Source of the DNA: Thecamonas trahens ATCC 50062
Taxonomy: Eukaryota; Protista; Apusomonadida
DNA length: 64,000 bases
Direction of reading: 5' to 3'
Assembly: GCF_000142905.1 (NCBI RefSeq)
Contig: NW_013657631.1
Location: 62,001 to 126,000, forward strand
Positions 19,836 through 28,859 of the stretch are shown here, piece after piece. A program made the position numbers and the translations under genes. Numbering within the stretch: position 1 is the first letter of the stretch; each line of letters starts with the position of its first letter. Below the pieces are notes generated by a model. It was not told the DNA's origin. It saw only the letters and a program-made list of their open reading frames with translations, and made no database searches.

Positions 19836-22800
19836 ATGAGCCCTCTCCCGCATCGGCGCCCACGGGCACGACGATGGCGAGGCGAAGCGATTGTTGCAGG
19901 CATAGTGGCTGTGTTCGCCCTTGTTGTGGCTGCGGGCGGGGCCGAGGTCTGGCTCTCGGAGCTTCACTACGATAACGGCGGGCTCGACGTGAACGAAGGT
20001 GTCGAGGTGACGGCGACGGCCGGCACGCTCATGAACGGCTACAAGGTGGCGATGTACAACCAGCTCGGCGATGTCTACGGCTCGGTCACCCTGCCTGCGA
20101 GCACCATGCCCGACGAGGGCGGATCGGGATACGGCGCCATGTGGGTCGCCTACGCGGGGCTGCAGAATGGCCCACAGGACGGCATCGCCCTCGTCCGCAT
20201 CGCAGACTCGGCCGTCCTCCAGTTTGTGTCATGGGGTGGGACGACGACCGGCACCGCCGGCGAGGCATCGGGCCTCACCTCGCACGACATCGGCGCTGTC
20301 GAGGGCTCCACCACTGCAGAAACCTCATCGCTCGGCCACGCAGGCATCGGCGTCGCCGCTGTACTCGCCTCGCCATGGTCCGTCTACGCCCCCGCCTCCC
20401 CCGCCGCCATCAACTTTGCTCCGGCGGGCCCAGCATCGCCGCCACCTCCTTCTCCTCCCCCACCGCCGCCTCCCTCACCGCCGCCTCCGCCACCCTCACC
20501 GCCGCCGCCGCCATCGCCGCCGCCATCACCGCCTCCATTGCCGCCTCCCTCACCTCCGCCTCCGCCTCCGTCACCGCCGCCGCAGCCATCGCCGCCACCA
20601 TCGCCCCCACCTTCACCTCCCTTTCCTCCCTCTCCTTCTCCCCCTCCGTCCCCACCGCCGTCGCCGCCACCTTTGCCCGCGTGCGGCGACGGCATTCTCC
20701 AGCGTCCGGCTGAGCAATGCGACGACGGCAACGATGAGGCGGGTGATGGCTGCTCGGCCTCGTGCGCGATTGAGGGTGGCTATGCATGCCTGACGCCCGG
20801 AACGCCGTGCACGACGTGCACCGAGCATTCCAACGGTATGGACTGCGCCGGCACTTGCGGCGGCGTGGCATACATCGACAAGTGCGGTGAGTGCGTCGGC
20901 GGCACAACCGGGCGCGGGCCAGGCGCCTCGCGCGATGAGTGCGGCGTGTGCTTTGGCGACAACGCGGCCAAAGATGCGTGTGGCATGTGCTTTGGCCATG
21001 ACGCGGCGCTCGACGGCTGCGGCGTGTGCTTTGGCGACAACTCGACGTGCGCCGGATGCGACGGTATTCCGCATTCGGGCGCGGTCCGCGACGTTTGCGG
21101 TGTGTGCGCAGGCGATGGCTCGACTTGCGTTGGCTGCGACGGTGTGCCCATTCCGTCGGGTGGCGCCGTGTATGATGCTTGCGGCGTGTGCGGCGGCAAC
21201 GCGACCGTCTGCCGATTCGGCTGCGACGGCGTCTACGCCTCGGGCGTCCACTTTGACTGCCACGGCGTGTGCGGCGGCAGCGGCATTGTCGACGACTGCG
21301 GCATGTGCGCCGGCGGGAATGTCTCGACGCCTCTTGCATTCAACTACCATCGTGACAGTTGCGGCGTGTGCTTTGGTCAGGACCTGACCTGCACCACATG
21401 CGCGTCGGGCGTTCTTGACGTGTGCGGTGTGTGCGACGGCGACAACTCGACGTGCGCCGGCTGTGATGGCGTGCCTATCGCCCTCGGCGGTGCCGTTGTT
21501 GACCTCTGCGGCATGTGCGGCGGTGATAGCTCGTCGTGTGAGGCCGGCTGCGACGGAGTGCCCAACTCGGGCGTTAGCTACGACTGCGCCGGCGAGTGCG
21601 GCGGCTTGGCAGCTATCGACAGCTGCGGCATGTGCTACGGACCGGCTCTGCTCGTCACGACCGCAGAAGTGTTCCTCGATCAGTGCGGCGTTTGCTTTGG
21701 CGGCAATGCCGGACTAGACAGTTGTGGCAAGTGCCACCGCTCCAACGCCGATCGCGATGAGTGTGGCGTGTGCTTTGGCAATAATGCTGCCAAGGATGTG
21801 TGCGGTGAGTGCTTCGGCTCCGGCCTTGCTCTCGATGTATGCGGCGAGTGCCGCGGGAACGGGACGACGTGTCTTGGTTGCGACGGAGTGCCCAACTCGG
21901 GGCTTGTCTCCAACGAGTGCGGCATCTGCGCGCTGCCGGGCGTCGCCTGCCCTGTGACAAGATCCAAGACAAAGGCCTGGCGCAACTCGCAGTGGGCCGG
22001 CATCGCCATGGGCTCCTCGCTCTTACTCTTTCTCATCATCGGTGGCGTCCTCCTCGCCGTCTTCCTCCGGCGCAAGCGCACCGTCCGCATCCTCGCCTAC
22101 CAGGCCAAGCTCGAGTCCGAGGCGCCGAGCGGCAAGCTGGCCATCGTCACCTCGGACATCCAGGACTCGACTGCGTTGTGGGAGGCCGAGCCTGATCGGA
22201 TGGCCGACGTCCTCGACATGCACAACGATCTGATGCGCCGCGCCATCGAAAAGTCCGGCGGGTACGAGTTCAAGACCGAGGGCGATGCGTTCTTTGTCGT
22301 CTTTGACGCCGTCACCGACGCTGCCGCCTATGCTGTCGACGTCCAGCGTCAGCTTCTCGCCGCAGACTGGCCCGAGTGGGTGGGCGATACTGGTGGCTTT
22401 CCGGCCGTACCTTGCTACAGCTCTAACGCCAGCCTGTCGATGTCATCGCTTGGCGACGCGCTGCTGTGGCGCGGCATCCGGGTCCGCCTCGGCATCCACT
22501 ATGCCGAGCCGGAGCGGGTCTTTGAGAAGCGCGCAAACCGGGTTCAGTACATCGGGCCGGCTATCAAGATGACAACCATGGTCGGTGACGTCGCCAACGG
22601 CGGCCAGATCCTGGCCTCGCGCAGCGTAGTCGACGAGCTGCTGGCGTGCGAGGCTCCCGTCCAGCAAGCGTCCTCGGCTGGCTACGGCCTCGCGCCGTTT
22701 GCACGCGCCTCGTTTGGAGCCTTTCATGACAGCGTTGAACTGTGGCATGTCGCGCCGCATGGTCTGGAGCAGCGCATCCCAACATTCACTTTTGACCGCC

Positions 22801-23510
22801 TCGAGCGCGAAGCTGATGTTGTGACTGCGCTGATACCGGAGCCCGAAGTCATGTCGCGCATCCGCAACGCGAACCTTGCGATCTTGCCACTCCCCAACGC
22901 GCCGGCAGCCGCCATCTGCTCGGGCACCTCGGCTGCGCCGTCCCTCACCATCGATACCTCGAGCAGCTACCGGCCCAGAACTGATGCCTCGCCGCGGGTC
23001 CGCAAGGCAAGCATGGGCCCGGCGCGGAGCATGCGTCGGTCGCGCGCCAACTCGGTGACGGTCGCCATGGTGGGTTCGCTGCAATCCGATGCCACTGGCA
23101 AGAAAATGGTGTCCTCGCCACGCACCGCCGCTATTCGGCGCAACATCTCGCGGCAACGCTCATCGTCTCGTGGCTCGGTCGTGTCGCGAACTTCCGTCTG
23201 CAGCTCCGAATCCCACGACGACCTGGGCTCGGGCTCGGGCAGCCCGAGATCGTTCCGGCGAACGACCAGCCGCAGCCGTCGCGTTGGGCCACTCCGAGCC
23301 CACGCCCACTCGCACTCGGGATCCGGCCTGAACCATACTCGTTCATCCCGAAAACCCGGTAGAGGACTCAACAACTCGCTGCCGGTTGTCTTGCTTCGGT
23401 CACAGACCTCATCGAAGCTCGAGACCTCTTGCTCGTCCGTTGACATGTATGCCACCGTTGAAGAGCCGATCGACACCGACCACCTCTCATCAATGCTCTC
23501 GGACGAGTAA
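19836..23510 (+). CDS. Single-pass receptor-type class III nucleotide cyclase-like protein (signal/anchor, lamin-tail-like domain, Pro-rich stalk, Cys-rich repeats, TM, cyclase, Ser/Arg tail)
   Basis: AIVTSDIQDSTALWE, EFKTEGDAF, GIRVRLGIH and GGQIL. TM at ~21990-22066; many DxCGVCxG repeats; CGDG..EQCDDGN..GDGCS.SC. Confidence 0.88.
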   Translation: MSPLPHRRPRARRWRGEAIVAGIVAVFALVVAAGGAEVWLSELHYDNGGLDVNEGVEVTATAGTLMNGYKVAMYNQLGDVYGSVTLPASTMPDEGGSGYGAMWVAYAGLQNGPQDGIALVRIADSAVLQFVSWGGTTTGTAGEASGLTSHDIGAVEGSTTAETSSLGHAGIGVAAVLASPWSVYAPASPAAINFAPAGPASPPPPSPPPPPPPSPPPPPPSPPPPPSPPPSPPPLPPPSPPPPPPSPPPQPSPPPSPPPSPPFPPSPSPPPSPPPSPPPLPACGDGILQRPAEQCDDGNDEAGDGCSASCAIEGGYACLTPGTPCTTCTEHSNGMDCAGTCGGVAYIDKCGECVGGTTGRGPGASRDECGVCFGDNAAKDACGMCFGHDAALDGCGVCFGDNSTCAGCDGIPHSGAVRDVCGVCAGDGSTCVGCDGVPIPSGGAVYDACGVCGGNATVCRFGCDGVYASGVHFDCHGVCGGSGIVDDCGMCAGGNVSTPLAFNYHRDSCGVCFGQDLTCTTCASGVLDVCGVCDGDNSTCAGCDGVPIALGGAVVDLCGMCGGDSSSCEAGCDGVPNSGVSYDCAGECGGLAAIDSCGMCYGPALLVTTAEVFLDQCGVCFGGNAGLDSCGKCHRSNADRDECGVCFGNNAAKDVCGECFGSGLALDVCGECRGNGTTCLGCDGVPNSGLVSNECGICALPGVACPVTRSKTKAWRNSQWAGIAMGSSLLLFLIIGGVLLAVFLRRKRTVRILAYQAKLESEAPSGKLAIVTSDIQDSTALWEAEPDRMADVLDMHNDLMRRAIEKSGGYEFKTEGDAFFVVFDAVTDAAAYAVDVQRQLLAADWPEWVGDTGGFPAVPCYSSNASLSMSSLGDALLWRGIRVRLGIHYAEPERVFEKRANRVQYIGPAIKMTTMVGDVANGGQILASRSVVDELLACEAPVQQASSAGYGLAPFARASFGAFHDSVELWHVAPHGLEQRIPTFTFDRLEREADVVTALIPEPEVMSRIRNANLAILPLPNAPAAAICSGTSAAPSLTIDTSSSYRPRTDASPRVRKASMGPARSMRRSRANSVTVAMVGSLQSDATGKKMVSSPRTAAIRRNISRQRSSSRGSVVSRTSVCSSESHDDLGSGSGSPRSFRRTTSRSRRVGPLRAHAHSHSGSGLNHTRSSRKPGRGLNNSLPVVLLRSQTSSKLETSCSSVDMYATVEEPIDTDHLSSMLSDE
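20431..20680 (+). repeat. Coding SPPPP (extensin-like) repeat
   Basis: Translates as (SPPP/SPPPP)n within the cyclase ORF. Confidence 0.9.
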
Positions 23511-23931
23511 AGTCTGCATAGCATCTCACACGGCTCCACGCCTTATCACCACTCTTTCCACCGTTCCACTCTTTCCACAACACAGCAGCGATGAGAGACC
23601 TCCCTCGTGCTCACCGCCTGCCCTCGAGACGATGGTGACGATGACCGCGGCACGACGAAGATACACCCCACAAACATCAGCAAATCGGTCTCATCTTCAT
23701 CCATAGTCACTCTCCTCAATATACACAACGCTCATGTCGCTGCCACTGCCTCCCTTCCCGGACGATCGCTGGAATGCCAACTCCTCCCGCCCACCGCCCA
23801 CACTGACCGGCGCCAGCCAGTGATCCACGGTCACTCGCCGGCTGGCGACCACCCCGCGAACCACCCCTTGCCCCGAGCAGCCGTGCGGGTTCCCCCCACG
23901 CCACCCCACGTCTCTCCCCCATTCCGGCACC

Positions 23932-24774
23932 ATGTCAGCAAGTCGCAACGACAAGCGGAACCGAGCGCGTGCAGCGGCGCGGGGAGCAGCACTTGCGCAG
24001 TTCCGGTCGGCCGAGTCTGTGGTGAAGAGCGTGGTACTTGCGGCAGCGGTAGCTCGCGGAGCGCGAGTGGGCGAGCTGTGGGGCGGGCCGGGCGAGGTGA
24101 GCAAGTACGCCAACCAGGGCATCTCCGTCCTGGCTGCTGTACAGCCTGCAGGCGAGGTGGTAGAGGCGCTGGCGGCCAAGGTGGCGGCAAAGGGTGCGCC
24201 GTTTGCCCTTGCGCCCGTAGCGGCCGATCCGGCCAAGGTCGTCCTCGGTCCTGAGCTCATTCCCGAGGTCGACGTGGTGACGGCCTTTGGCGACGCGCTC
24301 GGTGGCGGATGGGCGTCGCGGAGGGCAGCAAGGACCATGCTACGCAACGTGGCGGCCATGCTCCCGTCAGGCGGCCTGTTTGTCGGCACCGCGCCCGACT
24401 CGGCCTCGATGTGGTACAAGGCCCAGAAGTCGGCCACCGTCGCCGTCGCCAACTTTGTCGGCCCGCTGTACAAGGTCGAGTTTGCCTCCAACGAGACTAT
24501 GTCCATCTTTGCTGCCTCGGCTTCGCTCCGCCTCTCCGATGGCGAGCTGCGCGCCTGCCCGCTCATCCACTTTGCCACTCTCATCGAACTCGCTGCCGCA
24601 GAGGGTCTCTTTGTCGTCGACATCCAGAACGCCGCTGCTTTCTTTGCCGACCACGCCGCCGACCATCCCGAGATTGTCAAGGCCTTTGCCGTCTTTGCCA
24701 ACTTTTCCTCGCTCCATCGCGATGCCGAAGACTTGCTCTCGCTCTTTACCACCTTTGTCTTCCGCAAGGCCTAG
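23932..24774 (+). CDS. mRNA cap guanine-N7 methyltransferase-like protein, divergent
   Basis: ARTMLRNVAAMLPSGGLFVGTAPDS, LYKVEF, LIHFATLIELA..GL and LLSLFTTFVFRK resemble the RNMT/Abd1 C-terminal half. The SAM motif is degenerate (VGELWGGPG). Confidence 0.7.
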   Translation: MSASRNDKRNRARAAARGAALAQFRSAESVVKSVVLAAAVARGARVGELWGGPGEVSKYANQGISVLAAVQPAGEVVEALAAKVAAKGAPFALAPVAADPAKVVLGPELIPEVDVVTAFGDALGGGWASRRAARTMLRNVAAMLPSGGLFVGTAPDSASMWYKAQKSATVAVANFVGPLYKVEFASNETMSIFAASASLRLSDGELRACPLIHFATLIELAAAEGLFVVDIQNAAAFFADHAADHPEIVKAFAVFANFSSLHRDAEDLLSLFTTFVFRKA

Positions 24775-24810
24775 CCCACCCGCTCTCGATCTCGGACCGC
24801 GACAAGCGGC

Positions 24811-25830
24811 TCACTCGACCTTGACCCACTCGTCCGAGTCAGAGCCGCCACCGTCCAATTCAGAGCCCGCCTCGGCGGCTGCATCCGCGCTCGCGCTCGA
24901 TGCAAACGCCCGTGCTCCGTCCTCGGTCAGCGTCGGCGGTGCGAGGCTCGCTGTGTCGATGCCGCCAAGCGCGGCCATGCTCGCCTCGCGCCCGGCCTGC
25001 GCGAGTGCACACAACTGGAGCGCCACCACAGCGGCGCTTCGCGAGAGTGACGAGCACTTGGCCTCGGTCCACACCCGCTTAAGCACCACCCGCGACACGC
25101 CGGTCGCCTGCAGGAGCGCGACGAGCCTGGCCTTTGCCGGCCGTCGCGTGCCGCGATCAAAGGACTTGGCGACCAGCGCCCGGTACGCCGCTCGGATCTC
25201 TGCCGCCCTCGCTGGCCGCGGTGCGTGAGCGAGGACTGGTGGCGCGCGCTGTGGGGGGTCGTCGGCGACTTTGGCCGTCAGCCTGTCGTCGCGGACCGGT
25301 CGGCTCGGCACCTCGTGGCGCGCGTCTGCGTCGGCAGCGGCAAGAGCGGCAGTGAGCAGCCAGTCGTCATTGGTAGCGCTGATCGAGTCCCACACGTCGA
25401 CGTCTGCCGTCGGTGCCTCGGCGTGAGTTGGCAGCAGCGTCCCGATCATCACGGGTTCGACGGCCTGGGCGGCGAGGACTGGCGACGCCGCGCGCTTGCG
25501 TGTAAACAGATCATCGTCGTCATGGCCATGATCATGACCATGATCATCACTCCAGCCGTCGTCCTCCACCTCCCGCCCGTGTCCAAACACGTCATGATCA
25601 GCTACGTTTGCGCCGACCGGCAGTAGCGCCGACCCGGCCGCGTCAGCATCGAGGACAGGTAGCAGGGCGGCATGGCCAGCCTGCGGAAGGCACAGTTCGC
25701 CCAGGGAGGAGCCCACGCCCGCCATGCCCGAGCCCATGCCCATGCCCATACCTAAGCCGTCCATGGGGTCGGGCGGAATGAGTCCGCCGTCGCCACCGTC
25801 GCCAACCATGCCCTCGCTGGCCCACGCCAT
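24811..25830 (-). CDS. Acidic protein with C-terminal EH-like domain (synergin-gamma-like trafficking accessory)
   Basis: LVALLQATGVSRVVLKRVW..LSR..VVALQLCALAQAG follows the EH pattern; acidic-aromatic motifs DDGWSDD, DDDDLF and DSDEW. Confidence 0.55.
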   Translation of the reverse strand: MAWASEGMVGDGGDGGLIPPDPMDGLGMGMGMGSGMAGVGSSLGELCLPQAGHAALLPVLDADAAGSALLPVGANVADHDVFGHGREVEDDGWSDDHGHDHGHDDDDLFTRKRAASPVLAAQAVEPVMIGTLLPTHAEAPTADVDVWDSISATNDDWLLTAALAAADADARHEVPSRPVRDDRLTAKVADDPPQRAPPVLAHAPRPARAAEIRAAYRALVAKSFDRGTRRPAKARLVALLQATGVSRVVLKRVWTEAKCSSLSRSAAVVALQLCALAQAGREASMAALGGIDTASLAPPTLTEDGARAFASSASADAAAEAGSELDGGGSDSDEWVKVE

Positions 25831-25958
25831 GTCGTTGGTGAAGTGAGTGGGAGGGAAGGAGGGTGCGGTGGGCGAGAGTCGCGTGTGCGACTTGGCTCGC
25901 TGCCGTTGAGTCATCGAGCCATTGCCCACCCATATCCCCCCACCCACCCATCCACCAC

Positions 25959-26163
25959 CCACCCATCCATCATCCATCACCCACCCATCCATCACCCACC
26001 CATCCATCACCCACCCATCCATCACCCACCCATCCACCACCCACCCATCCACCACCCACCCATCCATCACCCACCCATCCATCACCCACCCATCCACCAC
26101 CCACCCATCCATCACCCACCCATCCATCACCCACCCATCCACCACCCACCCATCCATCACCCA
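25959..26163 (+). repeat. 15-bp tandem repeat CCACCCATCCA(T/C)CAC, ~13 copies
   Basis: Directly visible; lies between divergent start codons at 25830 and 26239. Confidence 0.95.
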
Positions 26164-26238
26164 CACACCATCGCCCGCCACCCGCCGCCCACCATCGCCC
26201 ACCACCCACCTCGCCACCCCACCACCCCACCCGGGGGA

Positions 26239-28833
26239 ATGCGCTCGCCACGGGTCTCCCTCTCCCGCCCCACCGGCAGCCACCCGCCCACACCCTCCAG
26301 CCCCACGGCACCCAGCCCCACGGCGCCCACACCCTCGGCCACCACCACCACGGCGGCATCGGCTGCCCGTGGCGTCTCCGCCGTGGGTCCGTTCCTCCGC
26401 CTCGCCGTCTCCTCTGCACAGACTGCTGCGGCAAAGGCTGCTCTCCCGCCTGACTCTGCCCGACTCCTCGCAGCAGCTGCTGCGAATGGCTCTGCCCCGG
26501 CTACCCGCGCTGGCTCTGCCCACCAGCTCATCAATCTCCTCCACGCTGCCCCTGCTGCTGCTGCTGCTGTCCTTCATCGTCTCTCTGTCTCCGATCTGTA
26601 TGCGCTGAGAGCAACGTCCAAGAGTGCTCGTCGGCTGGTCGATGCTGCTCGCTCGTGGGCTCATCTGCCGCCCGAGCTATGGCCGTTGAGGGAGCTCTCC
26701 CACTCGGCCTTGATCGGTTGGGCCTCGTCTGGCCCGCTGGCCTTGGTCACAGCCCTGGACCTCTCTTCCTGCCATGCTGCTAGCGAAGAGATGCTGCTGG
26801 CTCTGGCTCGCTCCACCCGCGCCCTTACTCGCCTCATCCTTGTCGCCACACGCGGGGTCACCGACGCTGCCGTCGCTGCCCTCACCGCTGCCAACACCGG
26901 CCTCATCGCGATCCGCATCTCCCGTGCCCGCGCCCTTACTGATGAGGGCGTCATGGCCCTAGTGGACGCCGCCCGCGACCTCGAGCGTCTCGAGCTATCG
27001 TACTGCCCCAAGCTGACAGACGTCTCGGCAAAAGTGGTGGGCGGCATCCTGGCAAAGCTCTCCTGGCTCGTCCTCGATGGCCTGCGCAAGGTCTCGCCCG
27101 AAGGCGTCGCTGCTCTGGCCAACGCTGGCCAGAAGTACGCGCACCTCTCGCTCACCGGCCTGCGTGGCGTCGACGCACCATCCCTGGCTCGCCTCGCCCC
27201 TGCCCTGGCGCCTGCTGGCCACCTTTGCCTTGCGTCGTGTCCGCGCCTCTCGGCTGCCGGTCTCCGCGCCCTTGCACTCTCCCCTTCCTTTACTCCAGGC
27301 ACGCTCGTGTTGCGCGCTACCGGGCGCGACTGTAGCGATGCCGCCGCCGGCCTGCTGCACACATCGCCGCAGACCGCCTTTGCCAGTCTTGCCACCCTCG
27401 ACCTTTCGTCTTGCGCCGGACTTGACTCTGCCGTCATTGCCCATCTCGCCACGGGCACCTTTCCAGCCCTTACCCGCCTCGCCCTCGAGGGCCATCCGCG
27501 CCTTGGCGACGCCAATCTTTCCCAGCTCCTCCTCGCCGCACCGGCGTTGACCTCGATTGCACTCACCGGCTGTCGCATGCTCGGCGACACGAGCCTCAGC
27601 GTCCTCGGTTCCCGCGGGCCAGGTCTTGTCCATCTGGCACTGGCCGGTGCTGAGCTCGCCACGCCAGCCGGCTTTGCCGCCCTTGCATCCGGACGTGCGC
27701 TTGCGAGGTGTACTTTGCTCGATCTAGCCAACTGTTGCGGTCTGCGCGGCGATGGCCTGCGCGCACTCGCTGCTGCCGCTCCACAGCTTACCGAGCTCAA
27801 TGTTAGCGGCAACACTGAGGTGCTCGCCGCCGACGTGCTGGCGGTGCTGGCGGCGCTCGGCCCACACATGCTCAGAAAGCTCGACGCGAGCTACACTCAC
27901 GCGCCAGCGGCGCTTGAACAGCCTGCTGTCGAGTTGGACCCGCAGTTTGTGCCGTCGGCGCTCCCGCGGATGACGGAGCTCTCGTTCGCCGGCTGGCCGG
28001 TGGTCGACGCGGAGCTGCTGACCGCTTTTGCTCGCGGCCCGCTGCCAAGCGCCGCCCGCTCGCTCACCCACCTCAATCTCGAGGCATGCACCCAAGTCGA
28101 CGATGAGAGCGTCCGACTTGTGGCATCGGCGCTGCCGCATCTGTCGGTGGTCAATTTCAACTGGTGCACTCGGGTGACCGACGCCGGCGTGGTGGCTCTT
28201 GTCGCGCTGACTGGCCCGCGGCCGGGCCGAGACGGCGGGAGTGGCGGCGACGACGGCGACGAACTCGGCGAGTCAGACCCGTTTGCCGACGATGCGCTGA
28301 GCGGCTTTGTGGGCCTCTCGTCGTTTGCCTCGGCCCACCACGTGGCGTCGACGTCGTCGGCGACAGGCATTCCGGCAGCGTCGCCACAGCCACTTGCCTC
28401 GATCGCGCCCACACGATCGCGCTCGCGGTCCAAGTCGCGGTCATCGGCCAAGCCGCCTGCTGCAGGCGGACAACTGCCGACGAGCAATGGCAAGAAGAAG
28501 CACAAGAAGAAGAGAAAGACGCACCAGAAGTCCGCGCTCGGGAACCGGCTGGTCTCTGTCGACTCGCTCGTCGATGATAGCGGCGACGGCGGCGACGGAG
28601 GAGGCGGCGACAAGGTCTCGTTGCCGTCGGTATCGTCGTCGCTCCTCTCACGGATCGGGCTCTACGGCTTGCACCAGCTGACCGACGCAGCACTCGACGC
28701 GCTCGGGCTCTGCCGCTCGCTGGAGCAAGCCAACATTGGCTCGTGCCCGCGGCTGTCCGAAGGCGGACAGCAGCGGCTCCTCCACGCGCTGCCACGGGTG
28801 GTTCTTGTTTACGCCGAGCCACGCAATCCTTAA
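26239..28833 (+). CDS. F-box/LRR-repeat (FBXL-like) protein
   Basis: F-box-like VLHRLSVSDLYALRATSKSARRLV, followed by Cys-containing LRRs (LELSYCPKLTD, LNLEACTQVDD, FNWCTRVTDAGV). Confidence 0.85.
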   Translation: MRSPRVSLSRPTGSHPPTPSSPTAPSPTAPTPSATTTTAASAARGVSAVGPFLRLAVSSAQTAAAKAALPPDSARLLAAAAANGSAPATRAGSAHQLINLLHAAPAAAAAVLHRLSVSDLYALRATSKSARRLVDAARSWAHLPPELWPLRELSHSALIGWASSGPLALVTALDLSSCHAASEEMLLALARSTRALTRLILVATRGVTDAAVAALTAANTGLIAIRISRARALTDEGVMALVDAARDLERLELSYCPKLTDVSAKVVGGILAKLSWLVLDGLRKVSPEGVAALANAGQKYAHLSLTGLRGVDAPSLARLAPALAPAGHLCLASCPRLSAAGLRALALSPSFTPGTLVLRATGRDCSDAAAGLLHTSPQTAFASLATLDLSSCAGLDSAVIAHLATGTFPALTRLALEGHPRLGDANLSQLLLAAPALTSIALTGCRMLGDTSLSVLGSRGPGLVHLALAGAELATPAGFAALASGRALARCTLLDLANCCGLRGDGLRALAAAAPQLTELNVSGNTEVLAADVLAVLAALGPHMLRKLDASYTHAPAALEQPAVELDPQFVPSALPRMTELSFAGWPVVDAELLTAFARGPLPSAARSLTHLNLEACTQVDDESVRLVASALPHLSVVNFNWCTRVTDAGVVALVALTGPRPGRDGGSGGDDGDELGESDPFADDALSGFVGLSSFASAHHVASTSSATGIPAASPQPLASIAPTRSRSRSKSRSSAKPPAAGGQLPTSNGKKKHKKKRKTHQKSALGNRLVSVDSLVDDSGDGGDGGGGDKVSLPSVSSSLLSRIGLYGLHQLTDAALDALGLCRSLEQANIGSCPRLSEGGQQRLLHALPRVVLVYAEPRNP

Positions 28834-28859
28834 AATCTTTGTGTCCAGCTTGTTCCATG

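Noticed and set aside
25843-26238. (IHHPP)n N-terminal extension of the F-box protein and (DGWVM)n on the opposite strand
   Set aside because: These are translation by-products of a stop-free tandem repeat lying between two good ATGs.
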